Source: Cycas panzhihuaensis
Lineage: Eukaryota > Plantae > Cycadophyta
Assembly: GCA_023213395.1 (NCBI GenBank)
Contig: CM041465.1
Coordinates: 144,591,741 to 144,655,740 of the forward strand
Reading direction: 5' to 3'
DNA length: 64,000 nucleotides
The first letter of the stretch is position 1. Each line of letters opens with the position of its first letter. The translations under genes and the position numbers were made by a program. Under the pieces are notes generated by a model. That model was not told the origin of the DNA. It saw nothing but the letters and a program-made list of their open reading frames with translations, and did not search any database. Positions 50,966 through 64,000 of the stretch are shown piece by piece.

Positions 50966-53900
50966 GATGGGCCTTCACTTGTTAAAAATCAGTCAACTGA
51001 TTTTGATGTAGGCGATCTGTCCAATTCAAGAACAACTTGATTTCAACCAAACAATAATAGATGTCAAGGTCGAAAAGCTGTGGCAATTTCTTTACATGAC
51101 TGAGTTCATCATCAAGTGAAATTGATGATGACTTTGTTTTATCACCTCAAGTTAATATTAACAGGGGATGCTAGAAATTAATATTGCCTTGTGAGTTGAA
51201 GTTGTTTTTTATATATGTCCTATTTAAAGGCATTTATGCCCATGATGCAATAACATTGTGTTGTCAAAATGTAATCATTAATCTTGTTCTGATTTGAGTT
51301 TTGCTCGTTGTTTAACAACTAGCTCTCTTGCAAAGTCCCTTATTTACTCTTTAGTACACTTGGCAATTTCTGAATTGTATTTGATCCATAATTTTGCTTC
51401 CGTGGATTGTTTTGTTTCATTTGTATCTCTGTATTGCATATTTATTAAAGATTTGTTTGCTTCCATGATGCCAAATTGCTCATAATGGCCATTTAAAATA
51501 ATGTATTCAATGCTTGATTTGTAAAGTTACTAATATTACCTCAAGCTTGATATGATGCAATGCCATTTTAGTTGGTGATGACAATACAAAGGATTTTGCA
51601 TTTGACATACCTATTTATGATGTTCATACAATCTTCCTATTGAAGGCTTATAGGCCCTTTTTGACATCTTGAGTTATTAAAGTTGCATGGAGTTTTGAAA
51701 AGACCTAACATTACATATCAATGATTTGATTGTTTTCGAGTCTCAAAACAACATTTTTAACATCTCAACCACTTCATTGACTATATTTTCCCAATGGATG
51801 TAATCTCGAACAAGTAACTTTCCTTGAATCAATTGATGCTAGTTGTTAATGATGACAATTATTTCATATATATACTTAACTCGACATTGAGGTGTCTAGT
51901 GTAAATCTCTGTCATGTTTTTCATTCCTTCTTGTTCTTAATTCAATGAATTCTACAGTTAGACACTAAGGCATAACATCACTTGCTAAGCATCAAAACCT
52001 AAGGTATATAGGTGTGTGCATGCCTCTGTGGTAGACCATTTGTTGTAAAATGGCTTTTTTTTTTTTTTTTTTTGGTTTTTAAAAAAATCACCTAAGAAAC
52101 CAAAGAGAGGTAAAACTTTTACGTTGGTTGTCATTGACCAACTTCTTTAAGATGTTAGACGCTATAAATGGATGGAGTAATTTTTAATGTAAATCCTTAT
52201 GAGGTTTATTTTTTGTGGTGGTATTCGAAGAATAATGTGTTATGACCATTTCTTGCATGTTTTCTGATTTAGGCTTCATTAGTATGGAAGTAATGCAAAT
52301 TGCTCATAGGGTAAATGAGAGTCTTTGATAGGAGAAACTACAAAATGGTTGGATGGTAAAACTTCAATTGTATTAATTTTAAATATTCATGATAGTAGTG
52401 GAAGCCATAAACCCTAAAAATAACTATTGATCATGTGAATCATTTTGTGCAAATAAAAAAAAAAGATGGCTCACTTCCCTGGAGCTCCAAAAATAATGGA
52501 GTACTCTCCATTGCCATTTCTATAAAAATGACATGTTTTGGGCTAATGACATAATTATGTTAATAGAATTATTGCTTATAGCTAGAAAAATAGTGTTATT
52601 TACAGAAATGTAAAGTATAAGCACAATATAAGTAGTAGGGTTGGTAGATGCCTCTCCAACCATTGCTTTTGTTAGAAAATTAATTCATGCTCACATACCA
52701 TGATAGAAATTATTAAGTGCTTAGATATCATATTTAAAATATTACATAAAAATCTATAAAACCATGATAAAGAAATATGATATATGCACCAATGTTGAAT
52801 ACAAAAAAATGGAGAAAAATAATGAGTCTTCATCTATTGCATCAGACACATTATACATTTACAAAAATAGTCAATCTCATAGAGGTCTAGTGATATTGGA
52901 CAAATATATCATGATGTAAGTTCTAAACACACATTTTCATAATGTTTATATATTAATACATACACAATATGTTTCTCTTTAATATATTTATGAATAATAT
53001 TTGAGGGATAATTATTATAATAATTATGAATTGACCATCAATTAAACATTATTCTCTAACACTCACCTATAATGTTTAATTTTGCTCTTGTCTTATCACA
53101 TAACTAGACTTCGTTTTCATTTGTAAATTGTTTCGTGTGTGCTTCTTTTTGTGTTTGTTCATCTTCTCCAATTCTTCAAAATGAATCTGTCTTCAACTTG
53201 CTTGGACTTATAACATTAGGTTTATAGCCTTACAAAGTGGTGTACATCTTGGGTGCCCATGTTCAATTTCCTACAACCCTACCACCTAAGAAAGCACAAG
53301 TATACAGTAACCAATTGTTGCTAACATTGAGTAATTTGTTGCAGTTCCTATTACCATGCGCTTAGGATATCTCAACTATGATTTCATTGTATAATTTCAA
53401 TTAATGAAGCTATATTCTAGGTCTAAATAGAGCATTTAACCAGTTATCATAAACGATAATGTATTCTATCACTGATACGACATTTTTCACGTCTATTTCA
53501 TGAAATAAGTTATCACATGAACGCTTGTTTATTAGAATTAATATTTCTACAATTTCAAATTAAAATATGCTTAAATTTAAAAAAAAAAAAAAGAATTTGT
53601 AAAGTTATTTTAATTACTTGCCTTAAATTTGAAATTAAAAAACTATCATAAATCAAAATTTAATATAGTCTTGCAACTACTGATGCCAAAGGCTTCAAAA
53701 CAAACTTTTCAATGCTTCTAATTGAAATCTCTGTGTTCATATGCAAAAGTTATAAAAAAAATTGTAGTAGGTATAAAAATTTGGGAGTTTGTTAATTGGG
53801 CATTTAAAACTTTCTCATTTAATTCCTAAATTTCATTTTTCATCATATGATTGACTGTTAATGTTTTGGGAGTTGGGGTTAACTTTAGAGTTTAACTTAA

Positions 53901-56900
53901 TTTAATTTAATGTAATTGAATCTTTGAAAAAATAATTAACATTTATCCCAATTAAGAAAGGAAGTGTTGTGACCTTTGAATACAATTTTTTTAGGCAAAG
54001 ATGTAATTGTATGAAATTTTCATTAATTTAGACGATCAAATTTTGGTTTTTGGTGTTTTTAGTAACTGATACAAAACTATGAGTACCTACCCTTTATGTG
54101 TGGATGTCACTTTCATAGCTCAGGGCTTTTTTTCATAGTGAACAACATTGTGGCATCTATTATTCAATGATTTAGTATGCTTGGTGATATATGGCTTCTC
54201 ACGCTCTAACCACCTTCAATTTGCAACACTTTCTCACCATTTCTTATGTGCTTTTGGCATTCAATCCATATGTTCATATTTTAATGATGTTCTGTGCTTC
54301 ACATTTGCCTCTCAACTTGATGTCGTATGCTCAAATGTATGCTCCATAGTCCCCCTTGTGGCCTTTATTGTCTCTCAACAACATTTCAAGTATTCAATGA
54401 ATATGCAAACAAACTTGTTTCTTTGTGGTAGTCTTTACTTTGGTAGTGAATCCCAAATTTGGGAGACTTGCAATGGCCTCTAGATATAAACCACAATTCT
54501 CCACGAATTTGTGAGGGTTGTTATATCTCTCTTTTCACGAGTTTTTAAGCTTTCAGTTGTAGATCTCCATGTGCCTTTAATATATCCTATTTCATTTTTG
54601 TTTTGAGCATTTAGCTTCTATATTCCTTAACAAACATGCAGAAATGTTCCTCTATTCTTTAACAAATAAGCACACATATTTTGAGATTTTAGGGATTTTG
54701 TTTCATCATGTATTGTTTTTACACCTAGATTCAACATCTCTCATATTTAAATTAACTGAACTACCACAAACTCAATAATAATTAACCTCATGGGCATGTT
54801 TGAGCCTTTACTGTGGGCTCCATTCAACTGGCAACTATCCACAAATTATTGTTATAATAGGATGATTGGTCTTGCATCCATAATCTTTATAGACAAACCA
54901 ATGACATTCACTTCCCAATTAATAGAGGGTGCACATCATTAACAGTATGCCACTATGACCTCGTCCATGCCCATATTGTAGCTTCTATATCATATGAGAC
55001 TCAATCAAGTCATTTGTCCTATATCCCCCCAATAGAGAAATACTAAATATAATTAAGATTGTAAACTTACTATTAAAATCTTTGCATGATATATAATTAG
55101 GCTAGCCATATGGATAAACATAGCCAACTGAACTAATTTCAAAACAATCTAACTCTACATTTAAGATCATAGCTTCAAAGATCGCCTCCATTGTATTAGA
55201 TCTAATTTATACAAATAGGATTCAATAAAATCCTTTAAGCAAACATAATTAATATATTTGCAAAACACTTTCATGCTAGATTTTTTCACCACAATTATGG
55301 TAGATTATGCATCACATTTGTGTGCTTTGTATAAATCTCATGCGTGAAGTTAAAGATATGTTTTATATTTTTTAAACTTTAGAACACAATACTCATATCA
55401 AAGTAAGAATGAGAGACCTAATTTTCATGGAAAGTTAAAATAAATAACAATAAGTAAAATGGAAATAAGATAAAATATTACTTACAATTTCCATAAATTA
55501 ACTTAAAAAAGTATCTATGTGTGGATTTTGAATAAAATACTCTCTTTTTTAAAAAGCAACACCATATTGATCATGAAGTATTCTCTTCCCAACCAATTAG
55601 AATTCTTCTTTCAAGAATCTACCACAAAATTAGGGTCATGATATAAGCATGTGGATTTTTCTATGACATTAACTCTATGGTTTAAAGATAGCATTATGGA
55701 TCAGCTTGTGTTTATAACAAGATGGAGTCGCATTATGACAAGAACCCTTGGAGTCACATGAAGGATAAATAGTTAACTCGAGTTCTACCACAAAATCAAA
55801 CCCTTGAAATCACATCAAGTTAATAGTGTATTTTGATGTAAGCTATGGAGTGATATCATAACTCCCTTGAAATCACATCAAGGCCCATTAGAGGCATAGT
55901 AAGGTTAGGTACATGCACTTATGACAATTGAGATATCAACGCCCTTGTGTTAAGGGTTTCATACTACATGTCGTTCTAAATCATTAGAACCCCTTAGACC
56001 CACATTAAGGTTCTACAATTGTAGCTACAAACAATAACAAGAACTCTTTCAAATTTTGGCATTATATCTAAGCACCTCATATAGAAGCAACATCATTTCT
56101 CATGATATTTCTCCTTGCAAACTTATTAAACCAAAACCTTTAAGGCATGCAAAATGAAGTGATGAAGAGAAACTCAAAGAATAAAAATGGAGAATGAGGA
56201 ATAATAGGGTGAGGAATCAGGATCCTTACTAGTTATTTAATTAGAGCCTTTGTTTACTAAAAGTTAAATGCATATGATTCAAATGTCTGTATAATATATC
56301 TTAAATTACAAAGGATTAATAATATAATATCAAAAAGGAGGATGGAGAAGATGAGCATTCCTAATAATTTATGTCAAGAATGAAGAGGTAAGTCTTCTTT
56401 TATAATTTGGTTCATAGGTGATCAAGAGAAAGTCTTCATTCAAATGACATTCTAAAAGTTATTAATGGGTGATTAGAAAATTTTGACACATTATAATTAT
56501 GTTCTAGACATGATTAAGAAGTAATTAAAAAGTTTTCCATTCTAATTATACTCTGAGTGATTAAGAAGTGATTAGAATGTTTTCCATTATCTATTTGTTC
56601 TCTAAAAGGAGATGGGAGATGGGACGGCGAACGGGACTGCATGAACTGGACGGACTGCAACTAAGGTTCTGGTCGGGTGGCGGCGATGCGTGGAGATCGC
56701 GCAATCGGGACGCTATGGCATCCGAGGAGGGCCACAGGCAAGATCATCTGGACCGTGCATAGGGGAAGCCATGGGGCGCATCTCCCCTAAAACCTAATCG
56801 TGACAAGATTTCCACCAACGGCGAAGAAGGATTCCTGCGTTGGAGGAGGGAGAATTCAGCCATAACTCTAGTTGTTCCTGGATCGGATTGAGGAGTATAG

Positions 56901-57235
56901 AGACTCGAAGCATATAGACGTTGGATGGTTCGTTCAAGTAACACTTAGCTCCTCCATTAGAGAATTTCCCCCCCACAGATATGCTGAGATAGAAGGAAGA
57001 CTGATTGGAAGGCTGATAGACCCATCTCAGAGGCAGAAAGCTTGTGCAACAAGGCAGATCGTGAAGGTAATCAGGTGCTGCATGGTGACGGGGGAAGCCC
57101 AGTGGTGAATTGCAAACCCCTAACCTGGAAAAAAGCGATAAAAGCAAAGGAGGCCGAGGCATCTTTGTTCTTAGCCATGGTATGTAACTGCTTCCCTTGC
57201 TTGAGAGTTTTCTTTGCAGTTTATAAATTTTAAAT

Positions 57236-58683
57236 ATGGAAAAGGACCATAATCCTAAAAAACAGAACCAAAACCCCAACCTGTCACTGGGGAGATCTTA
57301 TCGCGATGTTTTGAAAACCAATGAGGAGGAAACATTTGAATTAACACCAGTGATCAAGGATAATAAGGTTAGATTGAAAATCCCCTAGGCCCTAGTAGAG
57401 AAAACTGAGAAGCTTTGGGAGAATTGCCTTGTTGGCAAATTCTCAGGACCTAGACCGGGTCTAGAAGCCATTAGGAGCTGGACGAGGACAAAATGGAAAA
57501 TGGTGGGTAGCGTGGAAGTAATAGCCATGCCTAAGGGTTGCGTGCTATTCAAATTTTCCTCCTATGAAGATATGTCCAACATTTTATTAAGGGCCCCATG
57601 GATGTTTGGTAGGAAAGCCCTGTCTCTTGAGAAATGGCACAGAGACTTTGATCCCTCTGTCCCTAAAATCAAACAAGCCCCTATATGGATCCAACTCTTG
57701 GGCCTTCCCTTACACCATTGGAACCCCGAAGTATTTAAAGGCATAGCAAAAGCGGTGGGTCCTCTTTTAGCAATTGACTCTGCGATAAAGAACATGAGCA
57801 GACTTATAAATGCAAGAATCTGCGCTTTGGTCCATATTGATAAACTCCTCCTAGATGACATATGGATGGACATGACAGACGGGAGTTGGATACAACCATT
57901 GATCTATAAGATAGAGCATTTTAGATGCTCCACCTGCAGAAACTTGGGGCATTTGCCCCAAAAGTGCCCGGGGGTGTAGCACTCAAAGGATGAGAAAATT
58001 GAGGGACCTTCAGAACCAAATCCCTAGGATAAGAAGGAGGAGGGAAAAGGGATGGAACTAGAACACCTAGGCCAAGCTGAGGAAGTTGAGACCCCTCACT
58101 TGAACTTGGGTTTCGACCCCAATGAGGAGGACATGCTCCTAAAGGAAGGGGAGCAAGTAGCACAGGTTGTTGCGGCCTCGGGGAACCCGGTTGGCAAGGA
58201 TGGTACAGAGGTTGTTACCCCTGCTGAGGTTGCCTTCATGGGCCATACTACCCTACCCGAGTCACGGAAGACGCGGTACAAGGATATCGTGCGAGGGTTG
58301 GGCTTGCCCCCTCGACTTCAAAGGATCCCCCCATAGATGTTGAAAATGAGACTGCTAAAGATTCCGCAATCGAGGGGCAGTTGGCTGGGGTTGAGGAGCC
58401 GATGATGCCCATATTGGAGGACCTAGGGATGCCAGGTCCAGACCTTTTACCACATCCGATTATCCAAAAAACGTTGCCGGATGTGGGAGCCGAGAAGAAG
58501 GTAGGGAGGCCACCGTTGAAACTACAAAGAGAGAAAGAAACGGTTGCACAGGTAGATCAAGGCAGCCATAAAACTTTAAAGGAAGTTTACCTAGAAGGGC
58601 CTATTCTTAGATCCAGAGCTGAAAGTAAAGAGCCTCCAAAAGGCGAACCTGCTGAAGTTTGGAAGCAAAGAAAGAAAAGATGA
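57236..58683 (+). pseudogene. LINE ORF1 (DUF4283/RRM-like plus CX2CX4HX4C knuckle)
   Basis: CLVGKF, APWMFGRKALSLEKW, APIWIQLLGLPLHHW, CSTCRNLGHLPQKC; internal stops. Confidence 0.9.
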
Positions 58684-61600
58684 AACTAATATCGTGGAAT
58701 ATTAGGGGACTCAATGCCCCTTCGAAACAAAGAATTATTAGGGATATGAGGAATAGAGACCTGATGTTCTTGCAGGAAACTAAACTAAGCAAGGAGAATG
58801 GACCAAGGGTTAGGAATAAAATTTGGAAGAACGTCGAAGGTATTGAAATCGACTATGCCCAAGGGGCTGGGGGCTTAATGGTGCTTTGGAATCCGCTGAC
58901 ATGATCGGGAGAAACTCTTTTGGTAGAGGATTCCTTTATTTCGGTCCGGCTAATAAATAAAAGTAATAACATCACCTGGTTAGTCACAAATGTCTATGCC
59001 CCAAATATTCTAGAGGCCAGGAATAGGCTTTGGGATAGATTACTGGAAACCCACATGGACTGCCAACAGCCATGGTTGCTGGCAGGGGATTTTAAGTCGG
59101 CGCTGTCTCCAGGGGATAAAAGAGGTGGAACCAGTGGATGGACAACCAGTATGGGCGAATTCATCGAATTCCTTCAACAGGGGGGTCTAGAGGATGTTAA
59201 GCTCAGGGGTGCTTCCTTCACCTGGTCCAACAAGCGTTTGGGGGATGATTTTATTCAGATTAAATTGGACAGGGTGTTGGTCAATTATGATTAGATGAGA
59301 TATTTCAATGACTTCACTCTCGAGGCATTGCCGAGGATTAGCTCTGACCACTCCCCCCTCCTGTTTCAATTTTCGGATCCCGGAAAATTCATTAGGTCTC
59401 CCTTCAGGTTCAAATTAATGTGGCTGAGACACCCTGATCTTCGAAAGAGGATTCAGGAATGGTGGGGTATTCAAATTAAAGGCCATGCAATGTACAGATT
59501 CTCGAAGAAACTGGATTGGGTCAAAAGACAAGTCAAGGTATGGAACAAGGATGTATTCCAAAATATATACAAGCAGAAGGATAAATATATCCATGATCTG
59601 AAAGAAATAGAGGACATGATTGAGCGGATGGGCAGATCCCCAGAGCTAGATAAGACGGAGAAGGAACAGGCTGGGACTCTGGAAGACATTCTCACTAGAG
59701 AGGAAATCCATTGGAGACAAAAATCCAGGGCCATGTGGCTGGCCGAAGGAGACAGAAACACAAAATGTTTTCATATGACCACAGTCAAATATAGAACGAG
59801 TAATAGAATTTCCAGTCTTCAAAAGGAAGATAGTTCTGTGGTAAGTTCGATAGAGAGTATGAAGGACGTGGCCAGTGAGTACTTCAAGGACTTATTCACC
59901 GAACTACAGGATGGGGACATGGATAGAAGGAAAGACTTCCTAAGCAATATCCCCAGTTTGGTGAATGAAGCCCAAAATGCTCAACTGAAAGCTTTGTTCA
60001 TCTTGGAGGAAGTCAGGGTGGCTCTCTTTGGCATGAAGAAAGACAAAGCTCCAGGCCCCGATGGTTTCCCGCTGGGATTTTTTCAAGAATTTTGGGACAT
60101 CATCAAAGGGGATCTTATGGAGGCTTTACAAGAGTTTTACGTAAATAAAGAGATTTTGTAGGAATGGCAGACCACATTCCTCGTCCTCATCCCTAAAAAG
60201 GAAGCTGCGAAAAGGATGGAAGAGTTTCGCCCTATCAGTCTTTGCAATGTCAAGTACAAGATTATAACCAAGGTCTTAGTCAACAGACTTAAGAGAATTA
60301 TGCCAAACATCATCTCCCATAATCAAGACGGTTTCCTTCGGGGCAGACAGATTTATGATGGTTATATTTAGTCCATGAAACAATTCATTCAGCCGCAGAA
60401 AGGAAGAAGCCCGCGATGCTCATCAAGATTGACCTCATGAAGTCCTTCGATAGGGTCTCCTAGGAGTGCTTACTAGACTGCCTAGAGGCATTTGGCTTTG
60501 GGGATCTCTTTCGGTCATGGATTAAGCTGTGTATATGCAATCCGCAATTCTCTATCATTATCAATGGCTCATCTTCCAGCTTCTTTCCTGGCTTTAGAGG
60601 GTTGAGGCAGGGTGATCCCCTCTCCCCCTTCCTATACATCACGATAGCTAAGATGTTGGGCAGAACCCTGGAGTCCGCTAGAAGGCTAGGGTTTCTAAAT
60701 GGTATTAAATCGACATCTGGGTTAGATAATGTGGCCCACCATCAATTTGTGGACAATAATATTTTCTTAGGTAAGGTCGTCGTAAGGGAGGCATCCAGAT
60801 TCAAAGAGATATTGGGGCACTTCGAGGAGGCCACGAACTAGAAAATTAGTCTGAAGAAGAGTAATGTCTTTTTCATAAATACTCAAGGCCGTATTCAAGG
60901 TAGGATCAGCAGAATTCTAAGGATGGATATAAAAAAGCTTCCCACAATTTACCTTGGCTTGCCTCTCTTTGTTGGAAAAATGACTAAAGACATGTGGAAC
61001 CCGCTTATCGATAGGATGCAAAGGAAGCTGGTAGGCTGGAAAGGCGCCCTCTTAAGCTTAGCTAGAAAATTCCAGCTAGTCGCTTCTACGCTCCAGAGCA
61101 TTCCAGTTTTTTGAATGTCCATATTTAGGGTTCCGCCTAGAATCTCCGATACTATTGAATCCATCCAGAAGAGATTCCTTTGGTCGGGGACAGAAAGCAA
61201 GGACATGATTCATCTGGTGAGTTGGAGTAAAGTTTGTACCCCGAAATGGGCTAGTGGCCTCAATCTAAGAAGGCTTTCTCCCTTCAATACCATCCTTGGG
61301 GCTAAGCTGAGCTGGCATTTACTCAAAGGTAGAGAGAGGTTGTGGGAGAAGATCCTATTTAGAAAATATATCCAAGGGGGCTCTCTTTTGGATAGCAATG
61401 CGTCGCCAACTGGTTCAACCGTTTGGAGGAGCATCCTCAGAGCCTGGAAAGTTATCAGGGATGGCCTTAAATGGAGATTGGGTGATGGCAACTCCATAAG
61501 ATTTTGGGAGGATGTATGGTGTTGCGACAAGGCTCTAAAGGACTACCCAGATCTGGTGCCTACCATGGGTCCTTGTGCCAGACATTACGGCAAACACGTA

Positions 61601-62810
61601 AAAGATTATTGGATTGGGTGTGCGGGAAACAGGGTCTGGAGGAATTTTGAGGAAATCCAATGAGAGAGGAGATTGTAGGAGGGACTAAACAAGATCAAAA
61701 GGATTCTTGATAAGAGTTACATCCCTAGAACGCCTTCGCTGGACTCGATCGTGTGGCCTTTGAGCTTGTCCGGGGAATACACTGCTCAACAGGGCTACCA
61801 CTATTTATGCCTAAAAAGAGGGGATCAAAAAAATCCAATATTAGGTGGTGTTTGGAGGCTCCCTCTCATCCCTAAAATAACTCTTTTCTGGTGGACCTAT
61901 CTAATGAATAAAATTCTTACTTTAGATAACCTTAAAAAGAGAGGCTTTCTGCTGGCCAACAGATGTATCTTATGTTGCAAAGAAGAGGAATCCATGGACT
62001 ATATTTTCCTTGAGTGTCCGTTCACAAGGGAAGTATGGAGGATGCTGCTTGAGAAATTGGAAGTGTACTGGACATTCTCTGAAAAGATAGTTGATCTTTG
62101 GCCTGCTTGGCAAAGTCCATTTAAAAGTAGAATCCTTAGTTGCATTTGGAAGAGTGCACTTCTGATTCTGATGTGGAATATCTAGAAAGAAAGGAACTGA
62201 AGGATTTTCCAAGGAAATCAAAGAGACTAGATAGCCACCTTCAACAGAATCTGTATAGACATCAGAGAAAATGTTGGAGACGTTAAAGAGAAGCACACAA
62301 CCCTGACAGAGAACAGGATTTTGCTTAAATAGGACAGAGCCGGAATTTGTGTTAGTAAAACCCAGATGTAGCAGCTGGATGCATCCGAACGAACCCTGGT
62401 TCAAAATCAACTTCGACGGGGCAACTAAAGGAAACCCCGGAGAAGCCGGGGGTGGGGGGATTTGTAGGGACAACAAAGATACCCTCATTTGGGCTTTTTC
62501 AGATTACTATGAGCATCAAACGAACCACTATGCAGAAATGCACGCTATGCTCAAAGCCCTGGACTTGGCCCTCGAAGGAGATATTCAACGATTGGTAATA
62601 GAGGGGGATCCAGAGGTTGTTCTTAACACACTGAAAGGCATGGCCCTTCCGGATTGGAGATTCCAGCCCATAATCAATGATGCCAAGGAAATCATTAAGG
62701 GACTAGCAGATATCTTTATAAGGCACACCTTGAAAGAAGGTAATAAAGCAGCTGATTTTTCGGCAAACTGGGGGGTGAGGTATAAGAAGGATCAAGTGTG
62801 GAGGTGTTAA
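58680..62810 (+). pseudogene. LINE ORF2 (AP endonuclease, RT, zf-RVT, RNase H)
   Basis: MKLISWNIRGLN, LQETK, SDHSPL, KAPGPDGF, RPISLCNV, LRQGDPLSP, QFVDN (for QFADD), CILCCKEEESMDYIFLEC, KINFDGATKGNPG..EGNKAAD. Confidence 0.93.
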
Positions 62811-63787
62811 TTCCCTAGAGACTTTTTGGTTCTGGTAGAGAAGGATATGGTCCGTAGTAGCTAGCCGCGGGGCTTGTCCCGGCATCCTAGTTCTCTTTGC
62901 CTAGACCGTGGGGTTGTCACGGTTAACCCTGTTTTGGTAACTCATGACTCTTTGATATAATAGGTTGTGGGATCCTGTCTCAAATCCACTGTAATTTAAT
63001 TTTATTCACAAAAAAAAAGAGTAGATGGGAGATGGTTAGAGTGCTTTTTATCTTTTAATCATGTTTAGAAGTGCTTAAAAGTTTATTAGAAGGGTCATCA
63101 TTCTCTAATAATATTTTAATGGTGTGGAATAAAGGTCACGGTCTCATATCCCATAAATTCAATTTAAAAGCAACATTATTAATTATATGATTTTCAAGGT
63201 GATATTTTTTTATTAGGAATTTTTAATTCACTCAATTTTACTTTTAGAAAGTATTTAATTTTATGGTTTATAAGTTTTTTTTTTTTTGGTAATATTTACT
63301 CATGTTTATATTATGGACTCCAATAATTCTTTAGTGAGCAATTTAACCACTTTATTAGTGAATTTAAGTATCTACATTATTTACATATATCTAAGCACTT
63401 TACCCTTTAATACCACATAACATCACAACTTCAATATATAAAACATATAAAGGCACATCCCTCACATGCAATAATGCATTTCACTAGGCTCCAATTTTTA
63501 CAACAAGGGATATTTTTTTAATCACAACATAAAATAAAAAATAAGGCGGCAAAATGCACAATGATACATACAATGAGATATTATGAATACCAAGTACGAT
63601 ACCATAAACTATTATTGAAAACTTAAATCACTAATGAGAAATATTTTTATTCATAGAAGCATATGTTATACTCTTAATACATGCATGTGCAAAGTTTACA
63701 TGTTAACTTATATAAGTCATTTTTTTTCAACTAATTAGACTATGGACAATAGTTACATGAACTTAGCTCTTCTTATTTTCTTTCTCC

Positions 63788-64000
63788 TATTGAAAAACAT
63801 AACCTGCATAAAAATAATATTCACAAAACAAAAATAAACCACCTCAAGATCGAACGGTACCCTTAAGGTATCTCAAACTGTATTAACACCAACAAAACAT
63901 CTTTACAACAGATACTTCATATGATATACTATATGTGTATTTATAATACATGATATGATAGTGTATATGGGACTCACTTGAACGTGGGACATAATAAACG
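63788..64000. repeat. LTR related to Y, running off the window end
   Basis: Colinear with 21024-21245: ataacctg, gatcgaac-gtacccttaaggta, atttataataca, cacttg..gtgggaca. Confidence 0.85.

Larger units (their letters stand above)
56623..63018 (+). mobile_element. Full-length L1-clade LINE, decayed
   Basis: TSD AGATGGGAGATGG at 56610-56622 and 63023-63035. A-tail 63010-63018. GC-richer 5' UTR followed by ORF1 and ORF2. Confidence 0.95.

Noticed and set aside
57179-57219. GT..CAG mini-intron upstream of LINE ORF1
   Set aside because: About 41 nt, too short for a typical plant intron.
56794-57279. 161-aa antisense ORF over the LINE 5' UTR (ORF0-like)
   Set aside because: No recognisable motif; such ORFs are expected by chance in GC-richer sequence and no conservation evidence is available.

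Overview
AT-rich, repeat-saturated eukaryotic DNA, almost certainly from a large land-plant genome. No intact host gene, RNA gene or CRISPR array is supported. The window is a stack of nested retroelements whose boundaries can be read from LTRs, PBS/PPT and target-site duplications (TSDs); letters are my labels. Left cluster: old Copia B was hit by Copia C (12737-18017) and by same-family Copia A (<1-10588), and A was hit by non-autonomous LTR element X (5912-10013). A second non-autonomous element Y lies at 21024-24042. Middle cluster: Tat/Ogre-like gag-protease-only element E (25441-50965) contains chromoviral Gypsy F (28654-44740), which contains Gypsy G (31540-37128) and Copia D (38622-43887). 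A full-length decayed L1 LINE occupies 56623-63018. Most notable: X carries a ~1.2 kb mosaic of apparently spliced host mRNA fragments (CIPK kinase sense, actin antisense, a possible ubiquitin-like domain antisense). X and Y also share an unusual ORF made of a Copia Gag N-terminus, an acidic linker and repeats resembling the RNase H C-terminal peptide. LTR identities are hand counts and approximate.
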